Part shown: positions 1 to 9,665 of the stretch, piece by piece
How positions within the stretch are numbered: the stretch's first letter is position 1
Layout of the letters: every line of letters starts with the position of its first letter
DNA from: Candidatus Krumholzibacteriales bacterium
GTDB taxonomy: Bacteria; Krumholzibacteriota; Krumholzibacteriia; Krumholzibacteriales; WJIX01
Assembly (NCBI GenBank): GCA_046483305.1
Contig: JAWODM010000004.1
Coordinates: 1-64,000, forward strand
Reading direction: 5' to 3'
DNA: 64,000 bases
Position numbers and translations under genes: made by a program
The notes under the pieces: generated by a model
Seen by the model: only the letters and a program-made list of their open reading frames with translations
Told to the model about the DNA's origin: nothing
Database searches by the model: none

Positions 1-1
1 G

Positions 2-172
2 GTTGCTCATCATGCGCTGAAAGAGGCGAAGAGGTTTTTCGGTATCCCTGACTTCAGATACTATGCCCTTGCCGATGGAATAAAAGCTCTTCTGGAGGGA
101 TTTAAGAGGCCTTTTCTGCCGAATGGAAGGCTGGAGATGGAAAAATCACAGCTGCCGCTCTTTGACACTTAA
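2..172 (+). CDS. 3' end of a gene entering from the left, probably a transposase (VAHHALKEAKRFFGIPDFRYYALADGI...QLPLFDT*)
   Basis: Open frame from position 2 to TAA at 170-172. The C-terminal QLPLF resembles the beta-clamp binding motif QL[SD]LF. Transposase identity is recalled resemblance only. Confidence 0.4.
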   Translation, partial: VAHHALKEAKRFFGIPDFRYYALADGIKALLEGFKRPFLPNGRLEMEKSQLPLFDT

Positions 173-202
173 AAAATTGGGGAAACTCCAAGTTTTTAAG
201 GG

Positions 203-231
203 TTGACTGAAATCAGATTTTATGATAGAAT
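203..231 (+). promoter_or_regulatory. sigma70-type promoter with extended -10
   Basis: TTGACT (203-208), 17-nt spacer with TG at 223-224, then TAGAAT (226-231), upstream of the 493 gene. Confidence 0.7.
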
Positions 232-273
232 TATTTAGTCTGATCAGAGGTCAGATTATGTATGTTATTTGAT

Positions 274-439
274 AAGTAGGGTAGTAACCTTACGCCGACC
301 GCCGTTGGAAATCCGAAAATACTCGACATAAATTGGGAGTTCTAAACGGAAGGGGGCCCTACTTGGAGTCGTCGAATCGAGTAGCAGGGAGGTGAAAAAG
401 AGACGATTCGGCTGGGAAAGCTTCGACCTTTGATTCGGA
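274..439 (+). ncRNA. candidate structured 5' leader RNA, no known family recognised
   Basis: AAGTAGGGT 274-282 pairs with GCCCTACTT 356-364, with inner CCGTT/AACGG pairing. GTCGAATCG 371-379 pairs with CGATTCGGC 404-412. Confidence 0.4.
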
Positions 440-492
440 TTATTAATAATCAATTTGGTTTTATTCTCTATAACGCTTGGGGGGAATAAAAA

Positions 493-3400
493 ATGAAAAA
501 GTTTTTTGTAATTGTACTGGGTGTCTGCCTGGTTGCCATGTTTGCCGGTAACGTGTCGGCGAAAGATATCGACAGAGGTGACAAGCAGATCGTACGTGAC
601 ACCCGGGGAATAAGAACGCTTATTGATACCAGCGTTCCAGGTGCGTATCAGGCCGTCGCTCAGGCCGACACTTACAATATCGTCAAGTACGATTTTGAAA
701 GTGGATGGCAGGGGTGGATGACCCTTGATTACACCGCCCAGAGAGACATTTTCTGGCACGCCACCAACTTTGATGGCGATCCGGATCCTTCGGGGGGCAA
801 GTACTTCCCGATCAACGGCTCCTGGTCAATGTGGTGTGGAACGCCCGGCGGAGATGACGACTATCTCTGCGGGTTCCTGGCCGCTCCCGGTTACGGTAAT
901 AACTGGGATCAGTCGCTGGTTTCAAATGAGCTCACCATAACCGAGTCCGCAGGCATCAGCTTCACCATGGTTCACCATGTTGAGGGTGGAGGCTTTGACG
1001 AGGTTTATCTGGAATATGAGGATGACGAAGGAAACTGGATAAAAGATCAGACCTTCGGTACTGGAAGCTGCGACACCGCCTATGTTACTGGTCTCGTCGA
1101 TACCGGTGCTGTCACCGACGGTACCACCAAGTTCCGTATCCACTTTGTGTCGGACGGTGCCTGGAGTGACGAGGACGGGCTGCTGAATACCAGCGGTGCC
1201 TGTATTGTTGATGACATTGCTCTGTCCGTTGACGGTTCTCAGGTCAACTTCGAAGACTTCGAGACTGCCACTCAGGGACAGACAGCAGTGGGCTGGTGGA
1301 CCGGCGAAGCCTTTGCAGGCTACGTTACCGATCATCCAACCTATGCGGGCCCTTCGCTTCGTACAGGTATGACCGAAGCCGATCCCTGTACCAGCAACTT
1401 CGGGAATCAGATAGAGTTCTTCGAAGGAAATACGGAGCTCGCTGACCAGACCATCTATTCGGGTCTGTATGTGACGCCTCGCTGTCTGAACGGAGACGGT
1501 ACGGAAGCTCCGTGTCAGGCCGACGGTGCCATATCGCCCTATATCGATATGACCCAGTACTCAACCGGTAACAACCATATGCAGGACGCTGATATTCCTT
1601 CGGGAGAGCTTGCCGGACTGGGTGGAGTACTGTTCAGATTCGAAGTATACCGCGATCTGCCTCTGGCCAACCTGGTATTCTATACCTGGAGCGTCCGTAA
1701 CGTAATCGACGGATGCCCGATGGCCTGGCAGGATCGTGGCTATGTTTACTACGGTCCGGATCAGGATTACCTGTTCACCGGCGACAACGTCAGCGACCTG
1801 GTAATTCATCCTGACTCGACCCTTCAGCTGACCTTCGGCGTCCAGGATATGTGTGACGTATGGGGCGGTTACTACGGTAACTGCGCTCAACATACGCCGA
1901 CACCCTGGATCGACGACGTAAGGGTTCAGCGTTTCCAGACCACCGGTCCTCAGTGGACTTTCCGTGGTCTCGACATTTTCAACGATACCTTCCCGTACCA
2001 GTCAGAGACCGATGCTGACACCTGCCGCGCGGATGCGGCTAACGATATAACCGCCGATGAGATCGACTACAGGATAGAGAGAGGCGACTCCGCGGTTATC
2101 GAGGTAACTTCACCGATCGCCGGCGCTCTGGGCGTAGACCCGACACACGGCGGCGCGGCTGTATACATTCACGTCAAGGCTGATAATCCTCAGGATGAGG
2201 AATATCTGGCTGGACCGCAGCTGGTAGGCGCGAATGACAGCTGGATGAAGTACATCAGCGACGACGGTACCTGGACCAAGCTGCGCGGTGACACCGCCAG
2301 ACTGGGTAATGTCGGTTCAAGAGGTATCGCTCTGGATAATTACATGTTCGATCTTAACGATTCACTCTTCACCAGGGGTTACATAGTTGAGTACTACTTC
2401 TCAGCTGTGGACGTAAACGGCGCCACGGGCTATCTGCCCAGCAACGCCGATGAGGGAGGCGCGTTTGAATTCACATGCCTGCCCCTTGATGACGAAGTGG
2501 ACGTCCTCTTCGTGGATGATTTCGACGGAAGAGGAAGCTGGGACGGCCTGGTTCAGGATTACTGGGATCCCACATTCGAACATGTAATGGCAGCTGAAAT
2601 GCCGGAGAGGTATGACGTGAACTCACCCTCATCGAGTGTTGGTAACGGCCTTGCGAGCTGTGTCGACGCTGCCGATCTGGGTCTGTACTACCATACCATC
2701 ATCTGGGACAGCGGAGACCTCTCAACCGCCACTATCGGAACGGGCGGCACTGAAGAGACCAACGACGTTGAGCTTCTCGAAGAATGGTTTACTGACCAGT
2801 TCAACCACTACCACAAGACTAACATCCTGGTTATGGGTGAACGGTTGATGTTAGACCTTACCAATGAGGGCGCTGTAACGTTCCAGACCAATGTTCTCGG
2901 CTGTGAGCTCGACAGAGCCAATTACTACGACTGTACAGGTGGATTCCTGGGCGGCGGAGTAATTTATCCGAGAATGGTCCCCGTGACCGGCGGAGCCTTC
3001 GACGGCCTGGAGACCTTCTGTGTAGACGGCGGATGCCCCGCCATTCAGAAGTTCGACATGCTGTCGCTTCTTGGCGAGAATTCCAGCTATGCCCTCAGGT
3101 ATGAGGAAAACTGTGAATCCGAGACCAAGTACTCCGCGGTGACGAACGACCGTAACACGCTGAACGGAAATACCGCCAGGGCGATGACCTGCGCGTTCAG
3201 CATGATGCAGATACGCGACTGTGACGGAGACGGCGCGCTGGTGAGGAATGAATTCTTCAAGAAGGTTCTTAATTTCTTCACCGAGGGTGTAAATGCGGAT
3301 ATCACAGACGACGACACCACGCCTAAGTACTTCACTAAGCTGGGTCAGAACTATCCGAACCCGTTCAACCCGAGCACCGAAATCAAGTTCAGCCTCAAGG

Positions 3401-3606
3401 AAAAGAGCAAGGTTACCATCCGGGTATACGACGTATCCGGCCGCCTTGTAACTACCCTTGTTGACGGCGTTCTTGACGCCGGTCGTAAGACGGTGAACTG
3501 GAACGGAATCAACAGTCATGGATCCAACGTAGCCAGCGGTGTTTACTTCTACAGAATGGACACCAAGGATTACAGCGAATCCAAGAAGATGATTCTGCTC
3601 AGATAG
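493..3606 (+). CDS. large secreted acidic, Cys-containing surface protein with MAM/InhA-like N-terminal region and FlgD-Ig/T9SS-like C-terminal domain
   Basis: Signal peptide MKKFFVIVLGVCLVAMFAGNVSA. C-terminus LGQNYPNPFNPST...WNG...ASGVYFYRM...KKMILLR. SD GGGGG upstream. Confidence 0.8.
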   Translation: MKKFFVIVLGVCLVAMFAGNVSAKDIDRGDKQIVRDTRGIRTLIDTSVPGAYQAVAQADTYNIVKYDFESGWQGWMTLDYTAQRDIFWHATNFDGDPDPSGGKYFPINGSWSMWCGTPGGDDDYLCGFLAAPGYGNNWDQSLVSNELTITESAGISFTMVHHVEGGGFDEVYLEYEDDEGNWIKDQTFGTGSCDTAYVTGLVDTGAVTDGTTKFRIHFVSDGAWSDEDGLLNTSGACIVDDIALSVDGSQVNFEDFETATQGQTAVGWWTGEAFAGYVTDHPTYAGPSLRTGMTEADPCTSNFGNQIEFFEGNTELADQTIYSGLYVTPRCLNGDGTEAPCQADGAISPYIDMTQYSTGNNHMQDADIPSGELAGLGGVLFRFEVYRDLPLANLVFYTWSVRNVIDGCPMAWQDRGYVYYGPDQDYLFTGDNVSDLVIHPDSTLQLTFGVQDMCDVWGGYYGNCAQHTPTPWIDDVRVQRFQTTGPQWTFRGLDIFNDTFPYQSETDADTCRADAANDITADEIDYRIERGDSAVIEVTSPIAGALGVDPTHGGAAVYIHVKADNPQDEEYLAGPQLVGANDSWMKYISDDGTWTKLRGDTARLGNVGSRGIALDNYMFDLNDSLFTRGYIVEYYFSAVDVNGATGYLPSNADEGGAFEFTCLPLDDEVDVLFVDDFDGRGSWDGLVQDYWDPTFEHVMAAEMPERYDVNSPSSSVGNGLASCVDAADLGLYYHTIIWDSGDLSTATIGTGGTEETNDVELLEEWFTDQFNHYHKTNILVMGERLMLDLTNEGAVTFQTNVLGCELDRANYYDCTGGFLGGGVIYPRMVPVTGGAFDGLETFCVDGGCPAIQKFDMLSLLGENSSYALRYEENCESETKYSAVTNDRNTLNGNTARAMTCAFSMMQIRDCDGDGALVRNEFFKKVLNFFTEGVNADITDDDTTPKYFTKLGQNYPNPFNPSTEIKFSLKEKSKVTIRVYDVSGRLVTTLVDGVLDAGRKTVNWNGINSHGSNVASGVYFYRMDTKDYSESKKMILLR

Positions 3607-3629
3607 GCGCGGTTCCAATTACGCCTGAA

Positions 3630-3665
3630 AAGCGGCCGGGGAGTCCTCCCCGGCCGCTTCCTTTT
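3630..3665 (+). terminator. Rho-independent terminator
   Basis: AAGCGGCCGGGGAG / CTCCCCGGCCGCTT inverted repeat followed by CCTTTT, 23 nt after the stop codon. Confidence 0.85.
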
Positions 3666-3705
3666 CCAGACGCCTCTATTTATACTTTTCCAGAATTGAA
3701 TTTTA

Positions 3706-3735
3706 TTGACTTTATTAAATGTAAATACATATATT
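3706..3735 (+). promoter_or_regulatory. putative sigma70 promoter for the lipoprotein operon
   Basis: TTGACT (3706-3711), 18 nt, TATATT (3730-3735) in an AT-rich stretch. Confidence 0.5.
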
Positions 3736-3858
3736 ATAAAGGAACGCCGGATGCAGGATTGGCGTTTACAGGCGCTGAAACAGTGGATTCAGCGTTGATC
3801 GAATTTATCAGAATAATAAAGTCATACTGGAATAAGAACAAGAGTAAAAGGGCGAGGT

Positions 3859-5832
3859 ATGAAAGAAGTCAATAGGGAAATACGGATACTGGTTTTAATT
3901 GTTATTGGGGCGGTCTTACTGATATCGCAACCGGCGTGCAGAAGGGAGAAGGATCCCATAGATAAGAACAGGCCTCCGGAGACATATCTCTCCGTAGCTC
4001 CTCCCGAAACTCTCGGATCAAACTACAGATACCATCTGTACTGGCACGGAGAGGACAGGGACGGTATCATTGAGCAGTACATATTTTATATTTCAGACAG
4101 CGTAAGGACACTGAGGCCGGAAGAAAACAGGCAGGCTGAAATATTGGACTGGAACCCGGCGAACAGGAAATCAGATTATATAAGCGGGAGATTTACTTCC
4201 AGGACAGATACCATAATAACTTTTAAAGGTTATGATGAACGCAACGAGCTTCTCAGAAACAGGCAGGCGTTCCACATCGCGGCAGTGGACGACGGCGGCC
4301 TGATTGACGAAACGCCGGCGAGAGTACAGTTCTTTGCGACAGCCAGGGAAAGGCCCAGGGTTAAGTACTGGCTCAGAATAGGAGACGGGGAGTATTCAAG
4401 GTACGATTATACAACACTCGATACCATAAGTATGTTCATACCCTTAGATATTAAATTTACCGGGGAGACAGTTAACGGAGCGGTTACCGGTTACAGATGG
4501 TGGTACAGGGGCAATACCTATCCCGTGGATGAAAGTGGAAATACCATATGGAGGATACCGGAAAACCCATTCGATACCGTGTACGTAAATAATATCGGAG
4601 AAGAGGATATACTGCCAAGCGGCGATTTCTTCTTCCGCGGTATTGCAAGGGACGAGGCATCAGCTCTTTCCAGCGATGATGAAGAAGACATGTGTCACCT
4701 GGTAATCAATTTCGATCCGGACACCAGGGTTCTTTACGGAGACAACTTCTTCAGCGTGGAGGGCCAGGAATTCCCCGACTGTACCTACGTGGATTTCAGT
4801 GACGATATTCCCGATACTCTGCCGTACGGTTCCTGGGTCAGGATATCGTATACCGGCTGGGATGACAGAAGGGATATTCTTCAATACCAGCCGCCCGATT
4901 CGATCCCTATCAGGTTCAAATACCGCCTTGTTGCAACCGGGATATCCAATGATGGGAATGCGAGTAAATGGGAGACCCCTTATTTCCCCGCATTTGACCC
5001 TGAAGATACCAACCCCGGAAAGATCGATTCAGTAACCTTCACGGTAAACTCGAAAAGGTATGAATTTTATGTTCGCTCATACGATGAGCAGGACAGATAC
5101 GATCATACTCCCGACAGGATTCAATTATACGGCAACTTTCAACCGACCATAGATTTTCAGGAAATGCTCAGGTTTTATATTACATTCGGCGAATTTGCGA
5201 TCGGGGAACCTTTCGAAGGAGATACCATTTATCTGGCAGACCCGATGAATACCGGCAACTGGCTCGAGTCGGGCTCTACGGAGCCCTTCAGCGGAGATAC
5301 ACTCCTGCCGGTAAAGCGGATCAGCGGGGGGCAGGTTTCCGGCCTGGATTATTTCTTCTACATCAAGGCCAGGGGGCACGATGATCCCAGGGACAAAGTT
5401 GGGAGCCAGAAGGGAGCTGTGTTTTCATGGAAATACAGTATCGGCGCGGAAGATAATGACTACAGTTTCGGCGGAGAGAATCAGATCTTTTATGCCGATG
5501 AAGCCAATGTAGATGTGAACCCTGATTCCTTTGTAAAGAAACTGTCAGTCAGGATTCCTGTTGACCTGACATCAGGTATGCCTGACAGCTCTTTTGTAAA
5601 TAATCTGAAGAGTTTCCTGGGTGAGCAGAATATCAGAGTAATCGGATACGATCTTCCGCGTACCGAAGAGAAGACTCAGAAAGTAAGGGCAACATCTCCG
5701 GAGTATGATAAGACAAGTATCCCATGGGTCCTTATAGCAAAGGGGGAACTCTACGAGAGTACCGAGAATGTAGGTAATTATGCCAGGAGTGATACCTTAT
5801 ACAACAGAACATATATTAAACCTTTGTGGTAA
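3859..5832 (+). CDS. putative lipoprotein with repeated beta-sandwich modules, function unknown
   Basis: Lipobox-like QPAC at Cys27, GAGG SD, recurring F-x-[IV]-x-A-x-D motifs. Confidence 0.7.
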   Translation: MKEVNREIRILVLIVIGAVLLISQPACRREKDPIDKNRPPETYLSVAPPETLGSNYRYHLYWHGEDRDGIIEQYIFYISDSVRTLRPEENRQAEILDWNPANRKSDYISGRFTSRTDTIITFKGYDERNELLRNRQAFHIAAVDDGGLIDETPARVQFFATARERPRVKYWLRIGDGEYSRYDYTTLDTISMFIPLDIKFTGETVNGAVTGYRWWYRGNTYPVDESGNTIWRIPENPFDTVYVNNIGEEDILPSGDFFFRGIARDEASALSSDDEEDMCHLVINFDPDTRVLYGDNFFSVEGQEFPDCTYVDFSDDIPDTLPYGSWVRISYTGWDDRRDILQYQPPDSIPIRFKYRLVATGISNDGNASKWETPYFPAFDPEDTNPGKIDSVTFTVNSKRYEFYVRSYDEQDRYDHTPDRIQLYGNFQPTIDFQEMLRFYITFGEFAIGEPFEGDTIYLADPMNTGNWLESGSTEPFSGDTLLPVKRISGGQVSGLDYFFYIKARGHDDPRDKVGSQKGAVFSWKYSIGAEDNDYSFGGENQIFYADEANVDVNPDSFVKKLSVRIPVDLTSGMPDSSFVNNLKSFLGEQNIRVIGYDLPRTEEKTQKVRATSPEYDKTSIPWVLIAKGELYESTENVGNYARSDTLYNRTYIKPLW

Positions 5833-5852
5833 ATTCTTTGACGGGGGTTATT

Positions 5853-8168
5853 ATGAGTAAGAAGAGGTTTTTAATTATAATCTTCGGTTTGTTATATATC
5901 GCTGGTATCTCCGGCAGCTGTTCCGATAATGTATTGACCGGTGAGAAGAAAGAGAATATCCGGCCAACTATCAGGATCACAAACGCGCCTCTGGAGAGAG
6001 CGGAAACTACATACCGGATCCATATTTACTGGGATGCTTCGGACAGGGACGGAAAAGTAAGGTATTCGGAATACTGCATTGTCAGCGGCGACCCGTACGG
6101 ATTTTCTCCCAGTGACACTACCGGACCTGATAAGTGGACCAAGACATTAGATGAAGACACCAGGGAAGTTTATCACGATAAATGGTTTGCCTTTGAATGC
6201 GACAGCATTTCCTACAATATCGAAATTGGAGAGGAGGAATACACCAGGAGTGAAAAGACGCAGACCTTCTTCATAAGGGCGATAGACTGGGAGGGAGGAG
6301 TTTCGGAGGTCGCCCACGTTTCATTTAATTCATGGACCCTGGCTCCCAAGACTCAGATAACAAGCCCGGATATAACCGGTTATGACAGTTTCAGCACAGT
6401 AATAACTTTTGAATGGAAAGGTACTGATTACGTAGATTCTGAAAAGAATACTCAACCACCGGATTCAGTCAGGTACATGATACAGAACATAAGCGATCTG
6501 GATATACCGCCTGACGCTCCGCCTTCCTGGAGAGACAGGCCTTACAGGTTCATGGATGACCTGATGAACAAATACCCGCTGGTATTCAACAAATACTATA
6601 AGAAGAAACACGGGGGAAGCGGATGGATTGAGTACGCCACCAGCGATACCGGATCGACCACCAAGATCGGAGATGACGAATTTCTTGATCCCAACGCTCC
6701 GGAGCCCTACGTATTTGCAGTTCAGGCAAAAGACGAGGCGGGCGCGATTACTTCCATCATGAGGCAGGCTACCGGCGGCAATGTGGTATGTTTTACAGTC
6801 AGCCCCAAAAATCCGGTACTTAGAGTTACAGAGCGAACAACCGGAAGCGCCATATTCGTAGGAGAGAGGGCCGCCAAGGCGGCGCAATCGCAGATCCCTC
6901 CCGGAATAGAACTCAGATTTTCCTGGACGGCAAACACTTCCGAATACGGAGGCCAGATAAGCGCCTTCCGTTACGGCTGGGATATAGTTAACCTGGATGA
7001 TCCGGATGAATGGGATTCACAATGGGGAAAGGATGTAAAAGGTTCCGTCAAGACCTACTATTCATCCACTCATACCCTGAACGTGCAGGTCAGGGATGAC
7101 GGAGAGCATATCACTACAGGCCTGATAAACGTACAGGTGATAGATTTTAATATGAACCGTCCCCTTCTGCTGGTTGATGACTGGGGATTGGGATCATCAG
7201 ACTATAATGGCCAGATTCCGAATGAGGCTGAACATGACGCTTATCTGCAGAATATGATAGGAAACAAGGTGGAGGAGTTTGGGGAAAACCCCAGAGATAT
7301 CTTTGATACCAGGGTGAATACTAACAGAATCGCGATCGAGGATCTGGCTAACTATAAGAACATGATATGGGTCTTCGGCGACCAGGAAGGAAGCTGGCTG
7401 GAGAATATCACCTTTATCCCCGAAAGCGCCGCGGGAGGGGCCGGAGGCAGCAGGGTCAATCTCATAAAGCTGTTCCTTCGCGCCGGAGGGCATGTGCTGA
7501 CATACGGGCAGGCAGGTTACTCGACAGGCGGGCTGGGAGACTGCTTCAGCGCCATACAGGGGCTGGAACTCAGATATCCAAGGGCGATTTCACAGGATAT
7601 TGTGGCCGATGCCTATGGATGGGATGAGTCGTGGAAGAATGCCATGGCTTACAGTGATTACGGAGTGGATGTGCTGCACAGGATAGAATTCAAAATCAGC
7701 ACCAAGAATCTCAACGCGATGAGATTGGCCTATCTTGACCCTGATGAACCTGCCAATGCCACTTATCCGGGGCTTCCGGATACACTCAGGATCAAGGAAT
7801 CAATCTCCAGCAGCGGGGCTTTCTGGGATCATGAATACTGGAGCTCCCGGGGTGATTTCTCGAGATGCGGCCTATGGTATGTGGAAACCTACAATGACAG
7901 GGATCACATGGAGAAGCTGGGGGCCTATCGAGTGCCGGACTGGTTTCATCCGATGTACCGGATGAGGTCCTGCAAAGCCATTTCAGACTTCGATTTTGCT
8001 CCCGTGGCTATGATACTGACCAAGAATGCGGATGTTCAAGCGCTGGCAGAGGGCACTATCGCGGCCAACAGTTTCCATTTCGGTTTTCCGCTATGGTATA
8101 TGAGCGACGAAAGCGTCAATGACATTCTGGATGTCATCTTTACTGAATGGGGAATCAAGGACAAATAA
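5853..8168 (+). CDS. putative lipoprotein, paralog of the upstream gene, with a C-terminal Rossmann-like module
   Basis: ATG at 5853 after GGGGG SD (ORF track starts 5826). SGSC lipobox-like site. N-terminus resembles the 3859 protein. Confidence 0.7.
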   Translation: MSKKRFLIIIFGLLYIAGISGSCSDNVLTGEKKENIRPTIRITNAPLERAETTYRIHIYWDASDRDGKVRYSEYCIVSGDPYGFSPSDTTGPDKWTKTLDEDTREVYHDKWFAFECDSISYNIEIGEEEYTRSEKTQTFFIRAIDWEGGVSEVAHVSFNSWTLAPKTQITSPDITGYDSFSTVITFEWKGTDYVDSEKNTQPPDSVRYMIQNISDLDIPPDAPPSWRDRPYRFMDDLMNKYPLVFNKYYKKKHGGSGWIEYATSDTGSTTKIGDDEFLDPNAPEPYVFAVQAKDEAGAITSIMRQATGGNVVCFTVSPKNPVLRVTERTTGSAIFVGERAAKAAQSQIPPGIELRFSWTANTSEYGGQISAFRYGWDIVNLDDPDEWDSQWGKDVKGSVKTYYSSTHTLNVQVRDDGEHITTGLINVQVIDFNMNRPLLLVDDWGLGSSDYNGQIPNEAEHDAYLQNMIGNKVEEFGENPRDIFDTRVNTNRIAIEDLANYKNMIWVFGDQEGSWLENITFIPESAAGGAGGSRVNLIKLFLRAGGHVLTYGQAGYSTGGLGDCFSAIQGLELRYPRAISQDIVADAYGWDESWKNAMAYSDYGVDVLHRIEFKISTKNLNAMRLAYLDPDEPANATYPGLPDTLRIKESISSSGAFWDHEYWSSRGDFSRCGLWYVETYNDRDHMEKLGAYRVPDWFHPMYRMRSCKAISDFDFAPVAMILTKNADVQALAEGTIAANSFHFGFPLWYMSDESVNDILDVIFTEWGIKDK

Positions 8169-8192
8169 TAAACGGTTTCAAAAGGAGGAAGA

Positions 8193-9548
8193 GTGGCGTA
8201 TCGGCTTCTAATTAAAGGTCTTGTCTTTTTTGCTGTATCATTTCTGTTGTTTGTTCCGGCGGAATCTCAGGCTCAGTCAGATTCTCTGGCATTGAATCCG
8301 CTGAGCCCTGATTCAGTGCTATTGGAGAGGGATGGTGACAATATAGTGATAAGATGGTACCCTGCTGAGGATTCTCTGGTGAATGCCATAGGGCCTGCGA
8401 ATTTCTCCAACTGGTGGTACGGCCACGACGAGAGTGAAAGGGTGGAGGTTGAATTCTTTGGTAATTATTCAGGGATGATAGATCGAACTGTCTTTTTTAC
8501 CCTTACCAGCCTGGGTAATTATGAGGTCGGGGTCAGCCCATCCATATCAATGAGGATCGAGACCAGGGACAAGTTCTGGAGATACAATGAAATCGAGGAT
8601 GAGCACGAGGTTGTCTACGAAGCATTCAGTAAGAGAGTAAATATAGGAACTAATTACAATTACGGTGACACAATACTCCTGGAGTTGAGGGGTGAAAATA
8701 CTTCTGAATTGCTGGATCTGGGTGTCAGTGTGTATTTCAACGATGGACTGGTAGATACTACCAGCCAGGGAAATTCGGCCAGCTTCAGGCTCAATCTCCA
8801 GACCTACGACGGGTTCCGTGTCTGGAGAAACAGGGTGACCAACGGAAAACCGGATCAGTTCCCTTCGCAGGATGAGATGGTAGCTATCGCTGAGATTTCC
8901 AGGGAAGAATATCACAAATATAAGAGAATAAATATTGAGGGGTATGTACCTCCCAGACGTCTGGAAATGTGGCAGTATTTTACGGATAACGGCGAATACG
9001 AAAAATACCCCAGGTACGACGTGAATGGAAAGCTCTACTATGAATGGGTTGATGATAATGTTTTTCCCGGATTCAAGTATTTTTACAGTGTCACCAGTTA
9101 CGACAGGCTTTACAATGAAGAGCGTGAACCGGGGGATTTTACAAGAGAATCGTTCTTCTGTGACAATGACTCCATCCCGTGTTCGTCCGTGATGCCAACA
9201 ATATGGATGACTGTGGATGCGCAGGAAAATATGGAAATAGTATACGCTGTTCCAAATCCTCTGAGAACAGGCACATCCGCCGAGACCTCCCCTTATTACC
9301 ATAATTACGGTGACGGTAACTACGTACGGTTTCATAATGTTCCCAGTCAGGCCAAAGTCTGGGTATTTACCGTTGCGGGCGACCTCGTCTGGGAGGGCGA
9401 GAATGATGACGTGGATGGAACTGACGGAATTGTAACCTGGGATGCCCGCAATAAGGAGGGCATAGAGGTCTGTTCCGGTATTTACCTGTACAGGGTAAAG
9501 AACGTTAACGGACAGGATCATTACGGAAAGATTATCGTCATCAGGTAG
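8193..9548 (+). CDS. secreted protein with FnIII-like segment and FlgD-Ig/T9SS-like CTD
   Basis: AGGAGG SD, signal peptide, WVDDNVFPGFKYFYSVTSYD, YAVPNP...WDARNKEG...SGIYLY...GKIIVIR. Confidence 0.75.
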   Translation: MAYRLLIKGLVFFAVSFLLFVPAESQAQSDSLALNPLSPDSVLLERDGDNIVIRWYPAEDSLVNAIGPANFSNWWYGHDESERVEVEFFGNYSGMIDRTVFFTLTSLGNYEVGVSPSISMRIETRDKFWRYNEIEDEHEVVYEAFSKRVNIGTNYNYGDTILLELRGENTSELLDLGVSVYFNDGLVDTTSQGNSASFRLNLQTYDGFRVWRNRVTNGKPDQFPSQDEMVAIAEISREEYHKYKRINIEGYVPPRRLEMWQYFTDNGEYEKYPRYDVNGKLYYEWVDDNVFPGFKYFYSVTSYDRLYNEEREPGDFTRESFFCDNDSIPCSSVMPTIWMTVDAQENMEIVYAVPNPLRTGTSAETSPYYHNYGDGNYVRFHNVPSQAKVWVFTVAGDLVWEGENDDVDGTDGIVTWDARNKEGIEVCSGIYLYRVKNVNGQDHYGKIIVIR

Positions 9549-9665
9549 AGACAGCGAATCGGTTGTAATTGCCGGAGTGGGGCTCTGAATAGGGTAAAAC
9601 CATTCCGGAATCAACTGGGGAGGCCGCGAAAGGATGGTTTGCAGTTCTGCCGCGGAAAAGAACTG

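Noticed and set aside
274..439. Known riboswitch (c-di-AMP, c-di-GMP, SAM, TPP, cobalamin)
   Set aside because: The conserved cores of these classes were not found by eye; kept only as an unclassified structured leader.
2851..3618. 255-aa minus-strand ORF and other antisense ORFs over the 493 gene
   Set aside because: Expected by-product of biased codon usage on the + strand.
8547..9614. 355-aa minus-strand ORF
   Set aside because: Antisense shadow of the well-formed 8193-9548 gene; no motifs.
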